From NCBI GenBank assembly GCA_021777565.1, contig JAJYDJ010000001.1, forward strand, positions 24,431 through 88,430: a stretch of 64,000 nt of DNA. The letters run 5' to 3'. Positions 48,259 to 57,842 of this stretch are shown here, one piece after another. Position 1 is the stretch's first letter; each line of letters begins with the position of its first letter. The notes under the pieces were generated by a model, which had not been told where the DNA came from, did not search any database, and saw only the letters and a list, made by a program, of their open reading frames with translations. Made by a program: the position numbers and the translations under genes. This DNA is from a bacterium (lineage in GTDB: Bacteria; Patescibacteriota; Microgenomatia; Levybacterales; UBA12049).

Positions 48259-48394
48259 GTACTTTCTCTTCGGAGAAAGTACCAAAGACTCTTGTGCTGG
48301 CAAGTCGACCTGATTTTTGCGTTCGTTCGTCGGGGAAATGCTGCCCTTTCACGCACAAGGCGTGGCTTCCCCTGATGTCACTCACGCAAGAATC
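48259..48394. repeat. Intergenic structured element (perfect cUUCGg hairpin plus long imperfect hairpin)
   Basis: GTACTTTCTC-TTCG-GAGAAAGTAC; GATTTTTGCGT/ACGCAAGAATC and GGGGAA/TTCCCC stems. Confidence 0.55.
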
Positions 48395-48455
48395 TATACG
48401 GTCTTGATTGCAACGCACGAATGTATAATGGAGAGTTTTTACTGGTTTGCCAAAC

Positions 48456-48492
48456 AAAAACCGATGGAAAAGTTGTCTCTTCCACCGGTTTT
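48456..48492 (-). terminator. Intrinsic terminator after rplL
   Basis: CCGGTGGAA/TTCCATCGG stem followed by a U-run. Confidence 0.8.
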
Positions 48493-48522
48493 GTTATTCG
48501 AATTGACGAATAGAGTGAGCCG

Positions 48523-48909
48523 TTACTTGAGGGTAACTGCTGCGCCCGCTTCTTCAAACTTTTTCTTAGCTTCGTCTGCGGTCTCTTTATTTACTCCTGT
48601 CAAAACGACTTTTGGTGCGGTATCAGCCAATGCTTTTGCGTCGGTGAGACCGAGCGTTGGCACGAGTTCGCGAATAACCTTAATTACTGCGATCTTGTTT
48701 GCGCCTGCTGAAGTAAGTTCCACATCAAAGGATGTTTTTTCTTCAGCTGGTTCAGCTGCACCTGCTGCTGGAGCTGCTGCTGCTGGGGCGGCCATCATTG
48801 CTGCTGACACACCAAACTTTTCTTCCAAGGCTTTGACCAATTCGTTAAGTTCCAAAACGGTCATTTCCTCGACTGCTGATAAAATTTCTTCTGTTGTTAA
48901 CTTTGCCAT
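48523..48909 (-). CDS. rplL: 50S ribosomal protein L7/L12
   Basis: [10 protein letters not shown]...EEKTSFDV...[10 protein letters not shown]; GGAGG SD. Confidence 0.98.
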   Translation of the reverse strand: MAKLTTEEILSAVEEMTVLELNELVKALEEKFGVSAAMMAAPAAAAPAAGAAEPAEEKTSFDVELTSAGANKIAVIKVIRELVPTLGLTDAKALADTAPKVVLTGVNKETADEAKKKFEEAGAAVTLK

Positions 48910-48929
48910 ATGTCTCACCTCCTTTTGAA

Positions 48930-49475
48930 TTATGACTTCTTTGACGCGACTGCGTTCAAAGTCATCACAAATTTCTGCATATTCCAATTCAATGAACGAT
49001 GAAGTCCAAAGATTGGAGACTTAAGAGTGCCTACGAGCTGGGTCAAGAGGGTTTCTTTACTTGGCAGGGTAGCAAGCTTCAAAACTTCTTTGTCTGAAAT
49101 CACTTTACCACTGAGGATTCCGAACTTAATTTTTGGTTTTTCCAGATCTTTGACCATCTTAGAGACGGTTTTGAGAGGTTCAACAACTTCCTTTGTCAAA
49201 AAGAGTGCACCTGTTTGGCCTTCAAATACTTGGCTTTCGACTGCATCTTTGGCTGGGGTATCAGCAAGAGCTCTTTTGAGAAGAGTGTTTTTAACAACGA
49301 CGAATGAAGCACCAGACTTTTTGATGGTACGCTTCATGTCTTCAAGCTGTTTGTGGGTGAGTCCACCGAAATCTGCAAAAACCATAGCCTCAGACGCATT
49401 GGCCTTATCGGCAATTTCTGCGATGACGCCTGCTTTTTGCTGTTTGTTTTTGGATAGTACGTCTTGATTTTTCAT
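48930..49475 (-). CDS. rplJ: 50S ribosomal protein L10
   Basis: [25 protein letters not shown]. Confidence 0.97.
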   Translation of the reverse strand: MKNQDVLSKNKQQKAGVIAEIADKANASEAMVFADFGGLTHKQLEDMKRTIKKSGASFVVVKNTLLKRALADTPAKDAVESQVFEGQTGALFLTKEVVEPLKTVSKMVKDLEKPKIKFGILSGKVISDKEVLKLATLPSKETLLTQLVGTLKSPIFGLHRSLNWNMQKFVMTLNAVASKKS

Positions 49476-49570
49476 AAAAAAACTCGCCCTAAGACGAGTA
49501 CTGTGGCAATCTCAAGTGAGATGCTGTCTTCCTCGGAAGGTCTTATTGTTCGCCTTCTGTCTTAGGTACT
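49476..49570 (-). promoter_or_regulatory. L10 ribosomal protein leader with terminator/antiterminator
   Basis: TAAGACAGAAGG...CCTTCCGAGG kink-turn-like core; CCTAAGAC/GTCTTAGG alternative pairing; ACTCGTC/GGCGAGT stem plus U-run. Confidence 0.8.
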
Positions 49571-49607
49571 GCTAGTATAGCAGAATTTGGAGTAAAGATG
49601 CAATATA

Positions 49608-50900
49608 TTACTTGTCATAGGCCTTTTGGCCTTGGAGGTATTTGTAGTAGAAGAAAAGGTAGGATTTTGGGTCGCCAACGGTGTAGTTGATATAGTGATT
49701 CTCTTGGACTGCCTGTTGTACCTCTTGGCGCATTTGGGGTAGAGAGCTATGTTCTGGCCATTTAAAGAACGTATATACATTTGAATACAAATAGTATCCA
49801 ATAATAAGAACGGGTAAAATCTTGAGTACTATTTGTTTCTGATTCCACAAAAGGGCAAAGGGGTAGGCAAGTAGTGCCAGACAAAGGAAACGATTGATGG
49901 CATAGTAGTAGTCAGAACTTTCCCCACTATAGATAGTAAAGATGACCCAGGGCACTACAAAGAAACAGGTCATGACATAGACCATACTCCGCCAGCTACG
50001 CACGTTTTGCCTCTGGAGAAGTGCATAGATAACAAAGATTGGGAAGAAGAGATACTTAATGTTTATGTTCCTGATCTCTCTTGGAAGGAAATTATCTAGC
50101 TGAGTAAAGACATCTCCAATGATCTGTAGCATCCTTTTGAGGTGAAATCCGTGTGAGTATTGCGCGGCATAGGTCATGAGACTATTGGCCTGTGAATGCT
50201 TACTACTGAGCTCAGAAATGATATTTGGGGCTATTGCGATTAGTAAAATAAGAAGGCCTAAAATACCATATTTGAACACTTCTTTTGTTCGAGGGAAAAG
50301 AGGGAGGCAAAGGGCGGTAATAATTGGTACAAAGATGGCGGTAAAGTGTACTTGCCAGAAAAGACCAATGACAATGGCAAGTGATAGAATGTGTTTTGTT
50401 TTTCCCGAAATAATTTCGTGTAAAAAGTAAAATGCCAAAAGACCTAACAGTGGAATAAAATCTACAGGCCACTGCACGCGATCAAAATGAATCGCTTCAG
50501 TAGAAAAAGTTTGTATCAGAAGTGCGATAAGAGTGACAGATTTACCAAATTTTCTGATGAAAACATAATAAATGCCCCAAAAACTTACAATGGCACTGAG
50601 CCCCGCAAAGATACCAGAGGCAATAGGGTCATAATTGGTGAAGAAATATGCCGGGGCGATAGCATAGTAATATAACGGACCGATGTAAAACCCAGAATTT
50701 TGTTTGGCCACCATACCAAGGAGTGGATAGTGGTGATTATAAAGAATATTTTTGGCTGCCCAGGCGTTATCTATTTGATCCCAACTGAAAGGATTACGCT
50801 CAGGAATTTGATAAAAACGAAAGAAAAGGAAAGCAAGAAAGATAATGCCGATGGCAATGAAGAACTTATTTTTTCTTATAAATGCGATCCAAGTGGCCAT
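49608..50900 (-). CDS. GT-C fold (ArnT/PMT, GT39-like) glycosyltransferase
   Basis: FFRFY...FSWDQ, GPLYYY, multiple TM helices, QVH. Confidence 0.85.
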   Translation of the reverse strand: MATWIAFIRKNKFFIAIGIIFLAFLFFRFYQIPERNPFSWDQIDNAWAAKNILYNHHYPLLGMVAKQNSGFYIGPLYYYAIAPAYFFTNYDPIASGIFAGLSAIVSFWGIYYVFIRKFGKSVTLIALLIQTFSTEAIHFDRVQWPVDFIPLLGLLAFYFLHEIISGKTKHILSLAIVIGLFWQVHFTAIFVPIITALCLPLFPRTKEVFKYGILGLLILLIAIAPNIISELSSKHSQANSLMTYAAQYSHGFHLKRMLQIIGDVFTQLDNFLPREIRNINIKYLFFPIFVIYALLQRQNVRSWRSMVYVMTCFFVVPWVIFTIYSGESSDYYYAINRFLCLALLAYPFALLWNQKQIVLKILPVLIIGYYLYSNVYTFFKWPEHSSLPQMRQEVQQAVQENHYINYTVGDPKSYLFFYYKYLQGQKAYDK

Positions 50901-50920
50901 ACATTCAGTATAGCAAATTA

Positions 50921-51733
50921 TTATTTTTCTGCTTTGGAAGCATTGGCACGGTCACTAAATGCATTCACGAGCACCAGCGTGATGAGATAAAAGACAAGGA
51001 TAAATAGTGCATCAAGTTGATGATTGTAGAAATCAAATACTTCTGTGAGAAAGATGGAGGTTAAGAGAGAGAGTCGAAAAAGACGATAGCCAAACTTTCT
51101 GAACTTAAAAAAGACCAATGCACCACAGACAGCAAGTGTTGAACTGAGCAGTGATGATCCAAACTGCATAATATCGCTAATATCATCAAGCTGATACGGA
51201 CTCGTGGCGCGTCCACTGAGAAAAAGCAGTGATCGTACCAGGGTAAAAAGAGAAATCCCAATAAAAAAGAGAATAACACTGGTCCCAAATCCTCTAAATT
51301 TCATGACAGATTGGATGAGGGATTTAAATGGTGCGTCTTTATCGGTAAGGTGTTCCGTTTTGTGGGCAAAAAATCGAATAACCAGAAAGAGAAGTACAAA
51401 AATAACATAAATAATGGAGGTAGCTGGTGCAAAAAAGTAATTGTTGTCATTGGTGATATATTTACCCAGCTCATCAATAAAAAGACCAAATCCAGCACCT
51501 CCAAGAATCGCCGCGATACGAGTGGCTCGTGGATTGTGCATAGCAATAAGGATAATATTGGCTGCCAGAAGGAAAAGCCCACCCCAGAGCATGTGTGCGA
51601 TATGCCATCCATGCATCCCAAGACGTGGGTAATTGGTCAGCTGCAGATAGAATCTGGTGACCAGAATACTCGCTATTGCACTCACAAAAAGAGTTTCTAA
51701 ATAGGCCCCAGCATCTTTGCGATAGATAATCAT
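50921..51733 (-). CDS. Conserved integral membrane protein
   Basis: HIAHMLWGG, GLFIDELGKYI. Confidence 0.75.
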   Translation of the reverse strand: MIIYRKDAGAYLETLFVSAIASILVTRFYLQLTNYPRLGMHGWHIAHMLWGGLFLLAANIILIAMHNPRATRIAAILGGAGFGLFIDELGKYITNDNNYFFAPATSIIYVIFVLLFLVIRFFAHKTEHLTDKDAPFKSLIQSVMKFRGFGTSVILFFIGISLFTLVRSLLFLSGRATSPYQLDDISDIMQFGSSLLSSTLAVCGALVFFKFRKFGYRLFRLSLLTSIFLTEVFDFYNHQLDALFILVFYLITLVLVNAFSDRANASKAEK

Positions 51734-51766
51734 ATCTGTAGTATAGTGCAGAAAGGATGAGTGAGA

Positions 51767-52660
51767 CTAGCCAATTCTCAAACTTGGACTCATGGTGGAC
51801 TTGAGATAGACAGACTTAACTTTGCCTTTCTCCAATGAACCAAGGAATGCTTTAATATTGTCAGCAAGTTTTTCTTTCCCAAAACTCAACTTACCAAGTG
51901 CCATGTGAACGATATTTACTTTTCCTTCGGTCTTGTAGTTGATTTGGCCACCGGCAAATTTCTTGGCAGCTTCTTCAGGGTTTGCTGCGACGGTGCCATT
52001 TTTTGGATTTGGCATAAGTCCTCGAGGACCGAGAATCTTAGCTGCTTTTGCCAAACGTGGCATAGCATCAGGAGTTGCGATCAAAAGATCAAAATCAATT
52101 TGTCCTGCATCGATCTTATCAAGGAGCTTTTGTGCTGCCTGTGCATCCTGAAGAGGAGCAAGAATAGCGACACGAACTTCTTTGCCAGTTCCGTGAGGAA
52201 GAACAACACTTCCAGTAACTTTGTCAGTAGTATTAACGTGGAGTTCTACTGTTTCATCAAACTTTGCTGATTGGAATCCAAGCAAAGTATCCAGAGCAGT
52301 TGAGACAGAGTATTGAGTGTCTTTTGCCTTCTGAACGTTCGCATTGTGGCGAGGTGATGGCTGATATGTACTCACTGCTTCTTTTTTCTCCATCTTTTTC
52401 TTTGGTTTTTCTTCAGTGTCATTCTGAGCCATAGGCGAAGAATCTCTTTCTTCAGACGTGGTATCGGTAGAGTGGGATCCTTCACTATCGTTCAGGATGA
52501 CAGAAGAAGAGTCTGTTGTCTCACTCTCCGTAACATTTGTTGCATCAGATTCTTTCTCTGCAGCCTTTGCCACTTTTTTAGCTTCGCGGCGCTTCGCTGC
52601 CTCGTCTTTCTGCATTTGTTCTTCTTCAGAGCCAATAGTAATAGTGCGTTTCTTTCCCAT
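51767..52660 (-). CDS. rplA: 50S ribosomal protein L1 with N-terminal extension
   Basis: FDETVELH, LPHGTGK, LGPRGLMPNPKNGTV, STMSP. Confidence 0.97.
   Translation of the reverse strand: MGKKRTITIGSEEEQMQKDEAAKRREAKKVAKAAEKESDATNVTESETTDSSSVILNDSEGSHSTDTTSEERDSSPMAQNDTEEKPKKKMEKKEAVSTYQPSPRHNANVQKAKDTQYSVSTALDTLLGFQSAKFDETVELHVNTTDKVTGSVVLPHGTGKEVRVAILAPLQDAQAAQKLLDKIDAGQIDFDLLIATPDAMPRLAKAAKILGPRGLMPNPKNGTVAANPEEAAKKFAGGQINYKTEGKVNIVHMALGKLSFGKEKLADNIKAFLGSLEKGKVKSVYLKSTMSPSLRIG
52417..52502. repeat. REP-like inverted-repeat element in frame within rplA
   Basis: TGTCATTCTGAGCCATAGGCGAAGAATCTC ... GGGATCCTTCACTATCGTTCAGGATGACA. Confidence 0.75.
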
Positions 52661-52661
52661 A

Positions 52662-53081
52662 TTAAACTACTTTCACTCCCATACTTCGTGCGACACCTGC
52701 GACGATCTTGGCTGCTTGCTTCACATCATCGGTATTGAGATCTTCGAGCTTTTTCGCTGCGATTTCCTCAGCTTGTGCTTGCGTAATCGTGCCTGCTTGT
52801 TCTTTCCCTGGCTTGCCTGCGCCTGGACGACCGATTGTCTTTTTGATCATTTCAGAAATCGGTGGCTGTTTGACGATAAAGTCAAAAGAGCGATCTTCAT
52901 AAACGGTAATAACCACAGGAACCAATGTCCCTTTCAAAGGTGCAGTTCGGTCATTAAATGCCTTCACGAATTCCATAATTGGAATACCGTGTTGACCAAG
53001 AGCTGGACCTACCGGTGGTGCAGGAGTAGCTGCGCCAGCCTGAATTGCCAATTTAATAAATGTTTTTATCTTCTTTGCCAT
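52662..53081 (-). CDS. rplK: 50S ribosomal protein L11
   Basis: [24 protein letters not shown]. Confidence 0.98.
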   Translation of the reverse strand: MAKKIKTFIKLAIQAGAATPAPPVGPALGQHGIPIMEFVKAFNDRTAPLKGTLVPVVITVYEDRSFDFIVKQPPISEMIKKTIGRPGAGKPGKEQAGTITQAQAEEIAAKKLEDLNTDDVKQAAKIVAGVARSMGVKVV

Positions 53082-53086
53082 ATGAA

Positions 53087-53641
53087 TTAGATTTTACTGA
53101 CTTGCAAGAAGTCCAGTTCGACAGGTGTTTCTCGGCCAAAGATACTGACCAAGACTTTGAGTTTGCCCTTAGCCTCATCAATAGATTCAATAGTACCAAG
53201 GAACTCTGCGAATGGTCCATCGACGATCTTAACTGCTTCACCAACCACAAATGCTGATTTGAAGGTGGTTTGCTGTTGCTGAGAGAATTGCTTAATAGCC
53301 TCAACTTCTTTTGGAGAAATTGGGGTTGGGGTGTTGGCTGCACCAACGAATCCAGTTACGCCTGGGGTTGTACGAACCAAGATCCATGATTCATCAGAGA
53401 GAACCATGCGAACGAGAATGTATCCTGGGAAGACTTTTTCTTCAACCTGGTGCTTTTTGCCTTGAGAAACTTTGGTTACTTCACGAGTTGGGACGATGAT
53501 TTCAAGGATACTGTCGGCAAAACCCATGGTTTCGGCACGCTGTTGAAGCGTCTTGGCAACTTTATTTTCGTGCCCAGAGTAGGTGTGTACGATATACCAT
53601 CGTCCAGCCTCAGTATTCATTGATGTTGTTGTGTTTTCCAT
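53087..53641 (-). CDS. nusG: Transcription termination/antitermination factor NusG
   Basis: [40 protein letters not shown]. Confidence 0.98.
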   Translation of the reverse strand: MENTTTSMNTEAGRWYIVHTYSGHENKVAKTLQQRAETMGFADSILEIIVPTREVTKVSQGKKHQVEEKVFPGYILVRMVLSDESWILVRTTPGVTGFVGAANTPTPISPKEVEAIKQFSQQQQTTFKSAFVVGEAVKIVDGPFAEFLGTIESIDEAKGKLKVLVSIFGRETPVELDFLQVSKI

Positions 53642-53642
53642 A

Positions 53643-53825
53643 TTATTTTGTGACCATTTGCAGAAGTGTTGTGAATATGAAGTCTATGGCTCCTATAAAC
53701 AGGCCTACAGCGACACTGATAATGATCACCATTCCGGTTAACCTGATCACCTCAGTACGTGTTGGCCAAACTACTTTCTGCATCTCCTGATAAGTTTCAG
53801 TAAGAAACGATACAGGGTTTGGCAT
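53643..53825 (-). CDS. secE: Preprotein translocase subunit SecE
   Basis: [10 protein letters not shown] plus TM helix, upstream of nusG. Confidence 0.96.
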   Translation of the reverse strand: MPNPVSFLTETYQEMQKVVWPTRTEVIRLTGMVIIISVAVGLFIGAIDFIFTTLLQMVTK

Positions 53826-53891
53826 AAAGGAATTTTACCATGCAGAGGTTGACATGTAAAGGGGAGGCTGTCTACAATGGGTGTACGCGAT

Positions 53892-54791
53892 ATGCAGAAA
53901 GTACGCAAGGCTGTTATCCCCGCGGCAGGCTTTGGAACACGGTTTCTCCCGCAGACAAAGGCAATGCCAAAACAAATGCTCCCTATTGTCCATAAGCCGA
54001 TTATCCAGTATGTCGTGGAAGAGTTGGTCTCCGCAGGCATTGAGGATATTATCATCGTTACCAACCACCTCGAGCGCTCCATTGAGGACCACTTTGATGA
54101 TCCAAATCAAGACGTTGTCGGGGCACTGCGCATGGGAGGGCCTAAAAAAGAGCCACTTCTCAAAGAGCTTGAGGATATAGGCCGCATGGCTAATTTTGCC
54201 TATGTTCGCCAGAAAGGCCCAATTGGGAACGGGACGCCGTTTCTCAATGTCCGTCACATCATTGGGAACGAGCCATTTGTTGTTGTGTGGAGTGATGAGT
54301 TTGTCATTTCAAGGCCAACTTCTGTCATCCGCCAGCTGATTGACACGTATAACGAGTTTGGGTGTAGTGTGTTAGGGACGGTTAAAGCAGATAAGGAAAA
54401 AGACTTTGATCGATATGGGTATGCAGGGGGAACCGAGATCCGTCCAGGTCTCTATGATGTGAATGAAATCATTGAGAAACCTGGGAAAGAAAGAGTTCCT
54501 GCCTCCATGGCTGCACTTATTTGGGCATGTGTCTACACGCCAGATATTTTTGACTATATGAAAGAAGTCTTGGTGAATTTGCCAAACGGGGAGGAACTTT
54601 GTTATGTCGATGCAGTGCATAGAATGTATAAAGATAATAAGCGAGTGATCGCCAAGATTTTCGAGAATGCTGAGTATTATGACTGTGGGACAGTGCTTGA
54701 GTACATGAAAACAGCCACCAGGCTTGGTCTTGCCGACCCTGAAATAGGGGAATCTTATAAAACATTCTTACAGAGCCTCACCTTGAAGTAA
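53892..54791 (+). CDS. galU: UTP-glucose-1-phosphate uridylyltransferase
   Basis: KAVIPAAGFGTRFLPQTKAMPK, IEDHFD, IEKP, YDCG; alternative start at 53877. Confidence 0.88.
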   Translation: MQKVRKAVIPAAGFGTRFLPQTKAMPKQMLPIVHKPIIQYVVEELVSAGIEDIIIVTNHLERSIEDHFDDPNQDVVGALRMGGPKKEPLLKELEDIGRMANFAYVRQKGPIGNGTPFLNVRHIIGNEPFVVVWSDEFVISRPTSVIRQLIDTYNEFGCSVLGTVKADKEKDFDRYGYAGGTEIRPGLYDVNEIIEKPGKERVPASMAALIWACVYTPDIFDYMKEVLVNLPNGEELCYVDAVHRMYKDNKRVIAKIFENAEYYDCGTVLEYMKTATRLGLADPEIGESYKTFLQSLTLK

Positions 54792-54833
54792 TTCAGGGAA
54801 CAAAACCGGGCCTTTTGTTATACTAATACCGCT

Positions 54834-55469
54834 ATGAATAAGAAGTTATTGTATTTTCTCTCTGGCGCTGGGCTTTTTAGCATCTTTGTCGGGTTTTCCT
54901 ACATCGTACACAAGAATGTTCTGAATCAGTTTGACTTTGACATGACGGTCAAGATTCAAGACCACATGCCAAGGCGTTTTGATAACTTCTTTTCGCTTTT
55001 AAGTGACATAGGGGCGGTAGAAATTACGGGTATTTTTGTGGCAATTTTGGTCATTTGGCTTTTCTGGAAGAGAAAATGGTTCGTTGGGCTGTTGACTGGC
55101 TTCCTTTTTGTCTTTTTTCATGTGTTTGAAATCTATGGCAAAACATTTGTGAGACACCTGCCTCCACCTCATTTTATGCTGAGAACGCATGATGTATTTA
55201 ATTTCTCACGATTTTATGTCAGAGAAGAAAATTCCTACCCGTCAGGGCATGCGGGCCGTGCACTCTTCGTGACAACTGTTCTCGCAGTCCTGATAACCCA
55301 CAGTAAGTTATCTCTCAATAAAAAACTGATCTCATATGGCTTTTTGATTGCCTATGATCTGACGATGGTGGTCAGCCGTGTGTACTTGGGTGAACACTGG
55401 ACGAGCGATGTGATCGGAGGATCACTCCTCGGATCTTCATTTGGGCTTCTGATTGGAATACTTCTCTAA
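54834..55469 (+). CDS. PAP2-family phosphatase
   Basis: SYPSGH, SRVYLGEHWTSDV. Confidence 0.93.
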   Translation: MNKKLLYFLSGAGLFSIFVGFSYIVHKNVLNQFDFDMTVKIQDHMPRRFDNFFSLLSDIGAVEITGIFVAILVIWLFWKRKWFVGLLTGFLFVFFHVFEIYGKTFVRHLPPPHFMLRTHDVFNFSRFYVREENSYPSGHAGRALFVTTVLAVLITHSKLSLNKKLISYGFLIAYDLTMVVSRVYLGEHWTSDVIGGSLLGSSFGLLIGILL

Positions 55470-55482
55470 AGAATAGTTAGTT

Positions 55483-56313
55483 TTAATATCCTGTGGTTCG
55501 TGATGGCATGGGGGAAGGATACGTTGGTGCCGTCGCTGTTCGTGGAGAGGAATAACTATTACTGCTAAGCATGTACAGGAGCGCAACTATGATCAGAGCG
55601 ATTTTAATCCACTTGTGGTTCATCGAAATCCTAAAGCTGGGGTATGTGTCGGAAATACCCAACATATAGGCTGAAAGGGCAAAATTTAGGCGATAGCCAT
55701 CAACATAGATCTCATGGGTAGACTCAGGGTATTTCCCAGTGAAAAGTACCGGGAAACAGCTGATAAGAACTCCTATATAGGCTGCAGTGCTGATAACTCG
55801 CTGATAGAGTCCAAATGGAATCATCATAAGGATACGAATAAATCCTCCAACAATTGGGGTAGCGAACATGCGATTTGGGTGTTCTGGGTAGGTAAATTCC
55901 AGAAGCCCAGTGTCTTTTATCGAAAATCCAGGGTAGGTGTCCGTAATGCCTGCCCAGAAGAAGGAAATACGTGCTCCAAGTGTCATGACGCCTACCGCAA
56001 GGGTAAATGCATACTGTGAGTAATTGCCAAATATCCAGACACGGAAACTGTTATAAATAACCACCATGAAAAGCCAGACACTGACCAACCCAAGCCAGAG
56101 AGCCACGGGGATAAGCATAATGATTTTTACGAGCCCTCCCAGAATCATCACGGCATACCATCTATTTGGGTGCATATTGCGTGAAATTGCAATGTGGGGA
56201 TACATACGAATGTCTCGTTCTGTGTGGGGAGTAGATGTCTCAGAAATGGCTGCTGGAGCCTCTGTGTGCTCTTTATGATGTACTGTATGCTTGTGAGCCT
56301 TTACCATACACAT
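55483..56313 (-). CDS. DUF4389 membrane protein
   Basis: Two repeats ending TDTYPGF / SDTYPSF; LFTGKYP. Confidence 0.8.
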   Translation of the reverse strand: MCMVKAHKHTVHHKEHTEAPAAISETSTPHTERDIRMYPHIAISRNMHPNRWYAVMILGGLVKIIMLIPVALWLGLVSVWLFMVVIYNSFRVWIFGNYSQYAFTLAVGVMTLGARISFFWAGITDTYPGFSIKDTGLLEFTYPEHPNRMFATPIVGGFIRILMMIPFGLYQRVISTAAYIGVLISCFPVLFTGKYPESTHEIYVDGYRLNFALSAYMLGISDTYPSFRISMNHKWIKIALIIVALLYMLSSNSYSSPRTATAPTYPSPMPSRTTGY

Positions 56314-56367
56314 CCAGTATCAGTGTTTTTATGGACTTTGTCAACAAAGATTCAGCAGGGGAAATGC

Positions 56368-57735
56368 TTATGCGAGTTTGGTGAATCTCTTCAGGAAGGC
56401 ACCAAATGGTACCATGGCCAAAAGGTAGCCAAGGTCTTCAGGACCTGTCTTTGGCAGTGAGGTAGCTTGTGCAGCAGGCTGTACTTGGACAGAACCGTTA
56501 CTGCCAGCATAGGAACCGTAGACAATCTGTGAAGCAGGCACGTTAATCGTGTTGTTGTTGGTACTGTTCACGTTGATTGTTGGGTTAAATGTGTTGGAAT
56601 TGTTACTGTTGCCACTGTTATTGATAGAATTGTTGCCACTGTTGTTCACGCCACTTGATGAGTTACTTGAACTGTTAGAGTCACTTGAACTATTTGAGTC
56701 ACTTGAACTGTTGGATGAACTTGAGTTGTTGTTGTTGTTGTTGTTGTTGTTGCAATTACTATTGTCGTTATTGTCCCCACAAGTTGGTGTTGGAGGGCAC
56801 CATCCACCTGCTGGTTCAGCAATTTCACAGGCTGGGTTTGCGTCCAAACATGCAGGGCGTGGTGAACAGGTTGGTGTTGGAGGGCACCATCCACCTGCTG
56901 GTTCAGCAATTTCACAGGCTGGGTTTGCGTCCAAACATGCAGGACGTGGTGAACAGGTTGGTGTTGGTGATGGTGGGCACCATCCGCCAATTGGTTCAGC
57001 AATTTCACAGGCTGGGTTTGCGTCCAAACAGGCAGGACGAGGTGTGCAGGTTGGTCCTGGCACGGTTGGAGTAGGCGTAAAGGTAGGTGTACTCACTGGT
57101 GTTGTTGGTGTAGGAGATGATGTAGGCGTCATAGTAGCCGTTGGTGTAGGAGATGACGTTGGTGTTGCAGTAGGTGGGACACCATATTGGCATGGGTTTC
57201 CTGTGTTATACCAAGCTGCTGCCCATGTGGTGTAGAGATGATTAATATCAGGTGCGCCATACATACTACTCCAGCCATTGCCATTTGCAAGGAAGAAGAA
57301 GTCATATTGGAATGCTCCACACGCAGGGTTCACAACACTGGTATTAAGATAGTAATTGGTATTTGTACTTACAGAAATATCTTTTTCTCCCCATGGACCA
57401 AGAGAATCAGACTGGGAGATGATGTGCTGATTTTGCAGACATGAACTAGAACCGCTTGATGAATTTCCGTCACAGAAGTTCACAAGCCATCGAATGGTCA
57501 AACTTACATTATCTCCAGTATTATTTTTAAGGTGGAATGCTGCCTGGTATGTCCCATCACTAGATTTATAGGATTCATTGCCTGTCCAGGTTACGGTAAC
57601 TTTTCCACCTGCTGAAGTACTAACGTAGGCCTTTCCATCTGCATGAGAAACTTGCTTTGGGACCATAGTCCACAAATATGCGACTGCAAGAAGTGCGCCG
57701 AAAACAACTAACAATTTTTTTATAATTCCTGACAT
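56368..57735 (-). CDS. LPXTG-anchored surface protein with Cys-rich repeats and Asn/Ser low-complexity stalk
   Basis: Signal peptide; C-terminal LPKTG, hydrophobic stretch and KRFTK tail. Confidence 0.85.
   Translation of the reverse strand: MSGIIKKLLVVFGALLAVAYLWTMVPKQVSHADGKAYVSTSAGGKVTVTWTGNESYKSSDGTYQAAFHLKNNTGDNVSLTIRWLVNFCDGNSSSGSSSCLQNQHIISQSDSLGPWGEKDISVSTNTNYYLNTSVVNPACGAFQYDFFFLANGNGWSSMYGAPDINHLYTTWAAAWYNTGNPCQYGVPPTATPTSSPTPTATMTPTSSPTPTTPVSTPTFTPTPTVPGPTCTPRPACLDANPACEIAEPIGGWCPPSPTPTCSPRPACLDANPACEIAEPAGGWCPPTPTCSPRPACLDANPACEIAEPAGGWCPPTPTCGDNNDNSNCNNNNNNNNNSSSSNSSSDSNSSSDSNSSSNSSSGVNNSGNNSINNSGNSNNSNTFNPTINVNSTNNNTINVPASQIVYGSYAGSNGSVQVQPAAQATSLPKTGPEDLGYLLAMVPFGAFLKRFTKLA
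56783..57054 (-). repeat. Three 87-bp tandem coding repeats (PTCSPRPACLDANPACEIAEPAGGWCPPT)
   Basis: Units start at 56783, 56870 and 56957; near-identical at DNA level; (GTT)9 at 56725-56751. Confidence 0.95.
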
Positions 57736-57842
57736 AAGCCTAAGTAGCCCGGAGTATACATCAAATTATAGGATGTGTCAAGAGTCGCTCATAGCGACAT
57801 TGACAGAACTTGTATATACTAGAAAAAGAGGAGAATAAATTT

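Noticed and set aside
48312-48394. Hairpin as SRP (4.5S) RNA
   Set aside because: The minus strand has GCAGCAT but lacks the CAGG...GNRA domain IV pairing, so it cannot be supported by eye.
48317-48928. Long antisense ORFs (e.g. 48317-48928, 52458-53090, 56549-57235, 4744-5190)
   Set aside because: They are shadow frames opposite well-supported genes and have no recognisable motifs.
56560-56770. AAC-rich tract as a DGR template or variable repeat
   Set aside because: It is simple poly-Asn/Ser low complexity; there is no reverse transcriptase and no second copy differing only at adenines.
56783-57054. Regularly spaced repeats as a CRISPR array
   Set aside because: The 87-bp units are contiguous with no unique spacers, lie in frame within a protein, and no cas genes are present.
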